DNA from: Fidelibacterota bacterium
GTDB lineage: Bacteria; Fidelibacterota; UBA8477; JABMPR01
Direction: 5' to 3'
DNA: 64,000 bases
NCBI GenBank assembly: GCA_016845065.1
Contig: JAERTG010000023.1
Location: 167,553-231,552, forward strand
The position numbers were made by a program, and so were the translations under genes. A model generated the notes under the pieces. That model was not told where the DNA came from. It did no database searches and was given only the letters and a program-made list of their open reading frames with translations. Of the stretch, positions 47,778 through 56,013 are shown one piece after another. Position 1 is the first letter of the stretch. Each line of letters starts with the position of its first letter.

Positions 47778-49727
47778 ATGAGTGCAAAAACACACTACAA
47801 AACTGCACGAGAAGATCGAATTTCGCTGAAACAAAAATCAGCATATGCTGTGGGTATGCTGGTGAACAATCTCCAAGCAGCAGCACTACCCGCCATGGTA
47901 GTTATCCTCAACCTGGGACTCGGAATGGATGTCTTATGGGTGGGTCTCATCGGAGCAATCCCCCGCATATTTGATGCAGTCTCGGATCCGCTGTTGGGAT
48001 ACATTTCTGACAATACCAGGACTCGCTGGGGCAGACGCCGACCTTTTATCTTTGCCGGTGCTATCCTTGCAGGAATTATTTTCGCCCTCATGTGGCAATT
48101 ACCTTCTGGGTACATTGATATTCTTGATAAGACACCCATCAAGCAACACCAGATCATTACTGCAGGTGAGTCGGATGCGGTCTTCAATGATGCAGGTGGT
48201 GTATTTTCGGAATATTCCGAGACTTCCATGCCTGATGCAAAATTCACCTTATATGGTCCAGAGGCACTGGCAATAAATCTGGGTTCATCTCTGGCCACAA
48301 ACCTGGATGGCTTCCCTCAGGTTGAGATAAATGTGGATATTCCGGAGTATGAGTCCTTCGAGGTTGTTTTCAATGAATCTGCTGGTGAGTCCTACTCAAT
48401 CCTCCTAACCGAAAACATGTCCGAGGATGGAAAGGGAAATCTATACAAGTTCAGTCTAGCAGATCTTGCCAAAAGCCCCCTTCCTGGAGATCAAACAGGC
48501 AACGATGTTCTAGACATTCAATCGCTGGGTAATATTTCTATACAGCTTACAGGGTTGGTTGGAACTGGAACGGCTACCATTCATTCTGTCAAGCTGCGAA
48601 AAAGTGAAAAATTCTTTGTCACTTATTTCTGGTATTTCATGGCCATGTCCATCCTCTTCTTTCTGGCATACACAGTATTTGCTACCCCTTTCGTAGCCTT
48701 TGGTTACGAAATGACGCCTGATTATCATGAACGTACTCGCCTGCACGCTTTTGCCAACACGGTGGGTCAGTTGGCCTGGTTGGGTGTTCCCTGGTTTTAC
48801 GCCATCATGTCCAGCACTTTATTCAGGGATACTGTACATGGTGCCCGCACCCTGGCGATCGCCGTGGGTATAATTGTCGCTGTATTCGGAATAATTCCTG
48901 CCATTTTCCTCAAGGAAAGACAAACTCTGGAACCCGTAAAAAATGCCGGTAAGAGTATTGGGCAAAACATGAGCGAGTTTTTCAAGGGAATTGTTACCAC
49001 CTTCAAATGTAGTCCATTTGTGAAATTGTGTGGTGCAACCTTTCTCGTTTTTAATGGGTTTCAACTGGGCATGTCCTTCTCCATATATGTCATGATATAC
49101 TATCTGTTTGGTGGTAATGATGGTGATGCGGGAAAACTCATGGGCTGGTTTGGGATGCTTACTTCCATTGCTACCCTTGGTGTAATTCCATTAACTGGAT
49201 GGATTGCTACCAAGATTGGCAAACGTAAAACATTTCTGCTTACAATTTCAATTTCAATCCTAGGGTATGCGATCAAATGGGTTGGGTATAATCCTGATTA
49301 TCCATACTGGCTCTTATATGCTGCACCTTTTGTTGCTTTTGGTACCGGCTCATTGTTTACCCTCATGGGATCCATGATATCGGATGTGTGTGATTATGAT
49401 GAACTTGAAACACATCAACGTCGCGAAGGTGTTTTTGGAGCTATCTACTGGTGGATGGTTAAAGTCGGGATGGCTCTGGCTGGCCTCCTCACAGGGATTT
49501 TACTCAAGGTCTCCGGATTCGATGTGGCACTGGGAGCAGCCCAATCAGAAAATACTTTATTCCTGATTAGAATCTTTGATGTGGGTATACCCCTCCTCAC
49601 CTCTCTGATAGCCCTATGGATTATTTCCACCTACAAACTCACTGAAGTGAAAGCCTACGATATTAGAACACAGCTCGAGGCCAGACGCGGAAAAGTCGCA
49701 ATGGCAGATGCTTCAGAAAACGATTAA
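47778..49727 (+). CDS. GPH-family (MelB-like) MFS sugar:cation symporter with a soluble insertion of about 180 aa
   Basis: The GPH signature is DAVSDPLLGYISDNTRTRWGRRRPF. TM helices are interrupted by a hydrophilic segment at about residues 115-290. The start was chosen at the ATG preceded by the RBS aaggag. Confidence 0.75.
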   Translation: MSAKTHYKTAREDRISLKQKSAYAVGMLVNNLQAAALPAMVVILNLGLGMDVLWVGLIGAIPRIFDAVSDPLLGYISDNTRTRWGRRRPFIFAGAILAGIIFALMWQLPSGYIDILDKTPIKQHQIITAGESDAVFNDAGGVFSEYSETSMPDAKFTLYGPEALAINLGSSLATNLDGFPQVEINVDIPEYESFEVVFNESAGESYSILLTENMSEDGKGNLYKFSLADLAKSPLPGDQTGNDVLDIQSLGNISIQLTGLVGTGTATIHSVKLRKSEKFFVTYFWYFMAMSILFFLAYTVFATPFVAFGYEMTPDYHERTRLHAFANTVGQLAWLGVPWFYAIMSSTLFRDTVHGARTLAIAVGIIVAVFGIIPAIFLKERQTLEPVKNAGKSIGQNMSEFFKGIVTTFKCSPFVKLCGATFLVFNGFQLGMSFSIYVMIYYLFGGNDGDAGKLMGWFGMLTSIATLGVIPLTGWIATKIGKRKTFLLTISISILGYAIKWVGYNPDYPYWLLYAAPFVAFGTGSLFTLMGSMISDVCDYDELETHQRREGVFGAIYWWMVKVGMALAGLLTGILLKVSGFDVALGAAQSENTLFLIRIFDVGIPLLTSLIALWIISTYKLTEVKAYDIRTQLEARRGKVAMADASEND

Positions 49728-49733
49728 GGGAAA

Positions 49734-51446
49734 TTGACAATTATGATCAACGAAAGAATTAAACCACAAGCTTTTTCAATTTTGAGTCTGGCTATACTGT
49801 TTATGTCTTGCAGTCACTTACCAGAACCTACACCTCAAGAACCTCTTCAAAAGCTCACATCAACTTCTGAAATTCTGCTCACTTCAGCCAGTGGGAGTAA
49901 AATTGCAGCCCAGAAAAATGTCAAATTCAAATCTGGGCAGGCTGAGGGAGTTGTCCTCCGGGTTTTCCCTGATAGCGTTAAACAGACCATTGATGGTATA
50001 GGAACCTCGTTCACCGAGTCTTCAGCCTTCGTCCTGGCACATCTAGAGTCAGAACACCGCCAGGAAGTCATGCAAAAGATTTATGGGACTGATGGTGCCA
50101 ATTTCTCCCTCACCCGCACCCATATTGCCTCCTGTGATTTCTCCGTCGAAGGAAAATATTCCTACGCTGAGCAACCTGGTGATACTGCACTTACTTCGTT
50201 CACCATCGCTGAGGATACAGAGGGATTTCCAGTCAGCAAGTACCCTGGCATCAAGGATGAGAAGTACGACCTCCTCCCCATGATTCAGGAAGCCTTAAAA
50301 ATCAAACAAGACCAGCAAGATTCTGATCTCCGAATAATTGCATCGGCGTGGACTGCCCCACCATGGATGAAAGATATTGAAAAGTACTATCAGCCTATGA
50401 CAGCCGATAATGGCTGGCACGGCACTGGCGGGACCCTGAAACCTGAATATGTCAGCACGTACTCTGATTACATCCTTCGCTACCTCGAGGCTTACAAGGC
50501 AGCCGGTGTGAACATCTGGGGTCTTACTCCCGTAAATGAACCCCATGGTAATAATGGCCAGTGGGAAAGCATGAACTTTAGTCCCGAGACACAGAGCGAG
50601 TTTGTCCAGAAACATCTTGGTCCTGGTTTACGGGCAGGAGGTTTTGGAGATGCTAAACTTCTGATCTTTGATCAGAATCGTGATGGTATTGAAGAATGGA
50701 CAGATGTGCTCTTCCCAGCTGATAACGAGCATAAATACATTTATGGAATTGCAGTTCACTGGTATGAGAGTACATACAAAGTTTATGAGGATATTTTTGA
50801 CCGAGTACATGAAAAGTATCCTGAGTACTCAATCGTTCACACAGAGGGATGTATTGATGATCTTGGGAAACCGGCTCCTGATGATTGTACAGATCCAGTT
50901 GGCAGAACAGAAACAAACTGGTTCGACAATGATGATTTCTGGTGGTCTAAGTCCGCCTCTGATTGGGGATATGCAGTTCCATGGACTCCTGGGAATGGCA
51001 AAGATCATCCCCTTTACGTCCCAGTACATCGATATGCCCGCAATATCATAGTCAGCCTTGATCACTGGATGACCGGTTGGGTTGATTGGAACATCGTGTT
51101 GGACAGTCAGGGTGGTCCGAATCATGTCGGTAATTTTTGTGGTGCCCCAATCATGATAGACACAGCTACCCAGCATGTGTATTACACTCCCATATATTCC
51201 GTTTTAGCTCAGTTTAGCCGGACAATACGACCTGGTGATAAAGCACTCAAAACAGTGGTCAACAAAGCAGGTCTAAATGAGGATGATATACATTTCTGCG
51301 CCACTATTAATGCAAGTGGATTGATGAGTGTGCAGGTTTTGAACACATCTTCTTCTCCAATTCACTACAAGCTGCAAGTGGGAGATGAATTTGCTGATGT
51401 AATCATCCCAGAAAATTCAGTACAGACAGTGAGAGTACAGCTGTAA
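49734..51446 (+). CDS. GH30 glycoside hydrolase lipoprotein (beta-1,6-glucanase/glucosylceramidase fold)
   Basis: The ASCDFS motif matches GBA 'MASCDFS'. The acid/base motif is VNEPHGN. The nucleophile region is HTEGC. The lipobox is LFMSC. Confidence 0.8.
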   Translation: MTIMINERIKPQAFSILSLAILFMSCSHLPEPTPQEPLQKLTSTSEILLTSASGSKIAAQKNVKFKSGQAEGVVLRVFPDSVKQTIDGIGTSFTESSAFVLAHLESEHRQEVMQKIYGTDGANFSLTRTHIASCDFSVEGKYSYAEQPGDTALTSFTIAEDTEGFPVSKYPGIKDEKYDLLPMIQEALKIKQDQQDSDLRIIASAWTAPPWMKDIEKYYQPMTADNGWHGTGGTLKPEYVSTYSDYILRYLEAYKAAGVNIWGLTPVNEPHGNNGQWESMNFSPETQSEFVQKHLGPGLRAGGFGDAKLLIFDQNRDGIEEWTDVLFPADNEHKYIYGIAVHWYESTYKVYEDIFDRVHEKYPEYSIVHTEGCIDDLGKPAPDDCTDPVGRTETNWFDNDDFWWSKSASDWGYAVPWTPGNGKDHPLYVPVHRYARNIIVSLDHWMTGWVDWNIVLDSQGGPNHVGNFCGAPIMIDTATQHVYYTPIYSVLAQFSRTIRPGDKALKTVVNKAGLNEDDIHFCATINASGLMSVQVLNTSSSPIHYKLQVGDEFADVIIPENSVQTVRVQL

Positions 51447-51506
51447 GACCCCGATATCGATTGTGATAAACGGTTAATAAGAATTTTATGATTAGAGGTA
51501 TTTAGA

Positions 51507-54500
51507 GTGAAATCTTCTCGTAAACCCAGCTACCAGTTGAACAAGAATGGTGATTTTCTTATAAGTAACTACAATTCAGCTAAGCCATTCTCAAGCTTTT
51601 TCCCAGGAATCGCAGGAAAAATGGGCATACCCATGTGGGTGTTCTATGTGAATCGCGGTCAGGGGATCTGCAGTATGGGTGTCCAGGACAAGGAGAATCC
51701 TATTATGGAATTTCTTCCTGCGAATTGGGCTTATCAATTGGCACCAACACAGGGGTTTAGAACCTTTTTAAAATTTCCTGAGGGTTCAGGAGTCAACTTT
51801 TATGAACCGTTTCAGGATCACTACCAGGATAAGGAAATTGAGCGTACTCAGACCATGCATATTTCACCCTCCCACCTGGTATTGGTAGAAGAAAACAAGA
51901 CTCTCGGGCTTCGTTTTACCGTTGAGTATCATTCTGTCCCTAATGAAAGTTACGCTGGTCTCATAAGAAATCTGCATATAACAAATTTAAACAACATTGA
52001 TGTATCCTTCGAGGGACTGGATGGTCTCCCACTCATTGTTCCTTTTGGCATTGGCAATTTCGGCTTGAAAAATATCCGCCGTTTGATGGAAGCATTTGTT
52101 GAAGTGAAAAACTATGACGCGAAAGCCCCATTGTTTAAGGCCAAAGTTAAGCCCGCTGATCGGCCCGATGTTGAAATGCTGGAACGCGGTAATTTTTATG
52201 TTGGATTTGAGAACATTCACAAGGGGTTGAAGAAACTAACCCCCATCGTTGATCCAGAGCGAATCTTTGGTACTCACAACGATTATATTTATCCTGATTT
52301 TTTCCTGAATACACCTTTTGATGCCCTTCTGGATCATCAGGCATTTGAGAATCGATATCCCTCAGCAATGAGCAAGTTTTCAACAGAATTAGGCGCCGGT
52401 GAGACATATACGGTGAGCTCTGTAATTGGTCATGCTGAATCTCAGGACGCTTTGAACTCCCAGTTACCAAACATCATGAGAAAAGACTATTTCTCCAAAA
52501 AAGCTCAGGAGAGTATCAACATTATCGATGAGTTGACTCAGAAAAATCTGGTGATAAGCCGTGAGCCTATTTTTGACATGTATGTCAGACAAAATTTTCT
52601 GGATAATGTGCTTCGTGGTGGTTTTCCCTATACTCTGGAAGGAAACCAGGCTAAATCTGTACTCCATCTTTATTCGAGAAAACATGGTGATCTTGAGCGC
52701 GATTATAATGACTATCGTATCACTCCCTCTCACTATTCCCAGGGTAACGGCAATTTTAGGGACATCAATCAAAATCGTCGCTCTGATTTATTGTTTAACC
52801 CTGATGTGGGCTCCGGAAACCTGGAACATTTTGTCAATCTCATTCAACTCGATGGGTTCAACCCCTTGGTACTAAAGGAAGTTAGGTACAGGGTTGAAGA
52901 TTTGAATTCTGCCACCCAAATAGTTAACAGTCATTTTAACTCAGGATTATCGTTTGAACTCCTCACCTTCCTCCAGGAGCCTGTCAGTCCAGGAGAATTG
53001 CTGGATTTTCTAAGGCAAAAAGACGTTGTGTTTGATGACAATGCTGATGTCTTATTGGGTGACCTCCTGGGAAGCTGCAAAAAAATCAATGATACAGATT
53101 TTGCAGAGGGATACTGGTCAGATCATTGGACTTATAACCTAGACCTTCTTGAAAATTATCTGAGCATTTATCCTGAGAGACTGAGACATATTCTATTTGA
53201 TTATCAGGAATTCACATTTCACGATAGTGATCATCGTGTACTTCCTCGTTCTGATAAATATGTAATCTGGGACGGTAAAGCGATGCAGCTAGATGCTGTT
53301 TTTCATGACAAAGAGAAAGCCACTCTCATCGCTTCCAGGAGCAAAGATCAACACCTCATGCGAGATGCTCATGGGCTGGGTCAAGTGGTTCAGACGACAC
53401 TTTTTGTGAAATTACTCAGCATTATCACCAATAAAATCGCTTCTCTGGATCCTTCAGGTATAGGTGTCGAAATGGAGACAGATAAGCCCAATTGGTATGA
53501 CGCATTAAATGGCTTGCCTGGTGTACTTGGTTCAAGTCTCAGTGAAACTATAGAAATCAAGCGTCACGCTGAATTCATTTTATCTGCTATGGATGAAATC
53601 CATCTTGCAGAAGAGATAGCTCTATACATTGAGCTACATGAATTCACCAGTATGGTATTCGCGGCACTCTCGAATGGTGGGAATGATTATACATATTGGG
53701 ATACCGTAAGCTCTGCAAAGGAAGAGTATCGTTCCAAAACCAGGATGGGTATCCATGGATCTGAAATAACTGTAAGTCAGGATTGGATCCAGGAGTTTCT
53801 CCAGGCTGTTGTAGGTAAGGTTGATCAAAGTATTGAGAAAGCGCTCTACTCGGATACGGGTATCCCTGGAACCTATTTTTATCATGAAGTCGCGGATTAT
53901 CAGCTTATCGATCGTATTGATGATCCGGGTACGAAGCATCCGAAACTCAATGGACGAGGCTTCCCTTGTTACCAGGCGAACTCCTTTAAATTAGTACGTC
54001 TACCTCTTTTTCTTGAGGGTCCCGTCCACTATCTCCGCACACTTCCAGAACGAGATATGGCCAAACAGCTGGCTAAAGATATTAAAAATAGTGGTCTTTA
54101 TGACAACGAGCTGGAAATGTATAAGGTTAATGCTGAATTGAGCGACCAACCCATGGAAATTGGTCGTGCAAGGGTGTTCTCGCCGGGATGGTTTGAGAAT
54201 GAATCGATATGGTTGCACATGGAATACAAATATATGCTGGAGCTACTTCGCAATGGTTTGTATGAAATTTTCTTCCAGGATTTCAAAAAAGTGTTCATCC
54301 CCTTTCTTGACCCTGAAGTGTACGGCCGCAGCATTTTGGAAAATTCATCCTTTCTGGTGAGCAGCGCAAATCCAAATCCTGACCTTCATGGTACTGGATT
54401 CGTCGCCCGACTTAGTGGCGCAACAGCTGAATTCATTCATATCCTCATGCAGATGGCCATGGGGCCAAGAGCTTTTTCAATCAATTCTACAGGTGAATTG

Positions 54501-54824
54501 AACTTTGCGCTGAAGCCCATGCTTCCCTCCTGGTTGTTTACGGAAGCAGAGCAAAAAACAACCGTCCTGATGGATGGAGTTCAGACTTCAATCTCAACGC
54601 CAGCCCACAGCTTCACCTTTATGCTGCTTAGTAATATACTGGTGACTTATCACAACCCCAAGCAGAAGGACACTTTTGGTCCCGATGGGGTTACACCTCA
54701 GGAATGGCTTCTTACGGACCCTAAGGGCCAATCTCAGAGCTTTCAGGGCTCCCTTCTGGGAGGGGAGCAAGCGGAGCAAATTAGATCGAAACAGATTAAA
54801 CGTATTGAGATCACACTAGGTTGA
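51507..54824 (+). CDS. large cytoplasmic protein, candidate beta-1,3-glucan/laminaribiose phosphorylase (GH149/GH161/GH94-like)
   Basis: The protein is 1105 aa with no signal peptide. It is flanked by GH30 and GH17 in one operon. Its size and N-terminal beta-sandwich-like start fit family GH149. Catalytic motifs were not confirmed. Confidence 0.35.
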   Translation: MKSSRKPSYQLNKNGDFLISNYNSAKPFSSFFPGIAGKMGIPMWVFYVNRGQGICSMGVQDKENPIMEFLPANWAYQLAPTQGFRTFLKFPEGSGVNFYEPFQDHYQDKEIERTQTMHISPSHLVLVEENKTLGLRFTVEYHSVPNESYAGLIRNLHITNLNNIDVSFEGLDGLPLIVPFGIGNFGLKNIRRLMEAFVEVKNYDAKAPLFKAKVKPADRPDVEMLERGNFYVGFENIHKGLKKLTPIVDPERIFGTHNDYIYPDFFLNTPFDALLDHQAFENRYPSAMSKFSTELGAGETYTVSSVIGHAESQDALNSQLPNIMRKDYFSKKAQESINIIDELTQKNLVISREPIFDMYVRQNFLDNVLRGGFPYTLEGNQAKSVLHLYSRKHGDLERDYNDYRITPSHYSQGNGNFRDINQNRRSDLLFNPDVGSGNLEHFVNLIQLDGFNPLVLKEVRYRVEDLNSATQIVNSHFNSGLSFELLTFLQEPVSPGELLDFLRQKDVVFDDNADVLLGDLLGSCKKINDTDFAEGYWSDHWTYNLDLLENYLSIYPERLRHILFDYQEFTFHDSDHRVLPRSDKYVIWDGKAMQLDAVFHDKEKATLIASRSKDQHLMRDAHGLGQVVQTTLFVKLLSIITNKIASLDPSGIGVEMETDKPNWYDALNGLPGVLGSSLSETIEIKRHAEFILSAMDEIHLAEEIALYIELHEFTSMVFAALSNGGNDYTYWDTVSSAKEEYRSKTRMGIHGSEITVSQDWIQEFLQAVVGKVDQSIEKALYSDTGIPGTYFYHEVADYQLIDRIDDPGTKHPKLNGRGFPCYQANSFKLVRLPLFLEGPVHYLRTLPERDMAKQLAKDIKNSGLYDNELEMYKVNAELSDQPMEIGRARVFSPGWFENESIWLHMEYKYMLELLRNGLYEIFFQDFKKVFIPFLDPEVYGRSILENSSFLVSSANPNPDLHGTGFVARLSGATAEFIHILMQMAMGPRAFSINSTGELNFALKPMLPSWLFTEAEQKTTVLMDGVQTSISTPAHSFTFMLLSNILVTYHNPKQKDTFGPDGVTPQEWLLTDPKGQSQSFQGSLLGGEQAEQIRSKQIKRIEITLG

Positions 54825-54864
54825 ATCAGTAACAACTAGACAATAATTCTTAAACGGGGAAAAA

Positions 54865-55950
54865 ATGAAACATTCACGATATTTAAAAATCTTTACAGTA
54901 GTTTTGACTGGCATGATCATATCATGTCAACCCCAAGTACCTGCAGGACCTGAAATGGATAATATTCCTGTTCCAAATGAGAACGCGGTTAATCAAGAAA
55001 AAACTTTCACTACCAGGCCATTCGTGCCTTTTCTAGATGGTAGATGGATCGGTAATGCTATTTCTTTTGGATGCTATCGTGAAGGTCAAGCTCCCCACGT
55101 GAAGGGACCCTCTGAGGAGGAAATCCTAGAAGATTTGAACATACTTTCAAAACATTGGAATCTTGTAAGAGTTTATGGTTCTGATGACGATAGTGAACGT
55201 GTGTTAAAGGTGATTCATGAGCATCAACTCCCCATGAAGGTGATGTTGGGAATCTGGCTTGAGAATGAGACAAAACGTCCAGAACGAAAACCTCATAATA
55301 TGGAGCAGGTTCGACGCGGTATTGAATTAGCCAATCGATTTCCCAAAGAGGTGATCGCAATTAATGTTGGGAATGAAACTCAAGTTGAATGGTCCTGGCA
55401 TGGAATGGAAATGGAAAATCTGATCAAGTATATCAGGACCGTGAGAGAAAGTGTGCCGCAGCCGGTAACAACAGCTGATGACTATAATTTTTGGAACAAG
55501 GATCACAGCCGGATGGTGGCTAAGGAGATCGATTTTATTGGTCTTCATGCATATCCCCTATGGAATGGAAAAACTCTAGAGAAATCTGTCGCCTGGATAG
55601 ATGCGATTTACAAATCCGCCAAAGCTTTTCACCCAGATCGGGAGATCATACTCAGTGAAACAGGCTGGGCAACAAAACATGACCCATCGAAACAAGGTCC
55701 AGGAGAAGAGGGTGCACTGGTCAAAACGGAGGTCAGTGTAAAGGCTCAGCAATCCTTCCTTGTGGAATTCAATAAATGGGTGGAAGAGCAGCAGGTAACC
55801 GTTTTTCTTTTTGAAGCCTTCGATGAACCATGGAAAGGTGGCGGTCTTGAATCTGGACCAGATGTAATGGAAAAACACTGGGGGGTTTTCAACGAAGATC
55901 GTACCCCTAAAGAATCCTTGAAAGCTTTCCTAAATACTAAGAAACATTAA
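54865..55950 (+). CDS. GH17 endo-beta-1,3-glucanase lipoprotein
   Basis: The GH17 signature is ILSETGWAT (nucleophile). The acid/base motif is INVGNE. The lipobox is IISCQ. Confidence 0.8.
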   Translation: MKHSRYLKIFTVVLTGMIISCQPQVPAGPEMDNIPVPNENAVNQEKTFTTRPFVPFLDGRWIGNAISFGCYREGQAPHVKGPSEEEILEDLNILSKHWNLVRVYGSDDDSERVLKVIHEHQLPMKVMLGIWLENETKRPERKPHNMEQVRRGIELANRFPKEVIAINVGNETQVEWSWHGMEMENLIKYIRTVRESVPQPVTTADDYNFWNKDHSRMVAKEIDFIGLHAYPLWNGKTLEKSVAWIDAIYKSAKAFHPDREIILSETGWATKHDPSKQGPGEEGALVKTEVSVKAQQSFLVEFNKWVEEQQVTVFLFEAFDEPWKGGGLESGPDVMEKHWGVFNEDRTPKESLKAFLNTKKH

Positions 55951-56013
55951 TCTAAACATAGTTTCTACGAAGATTTAACGACTCCCTTCGCCAGGAGCAC
56001 ATCGCATTGAAAG

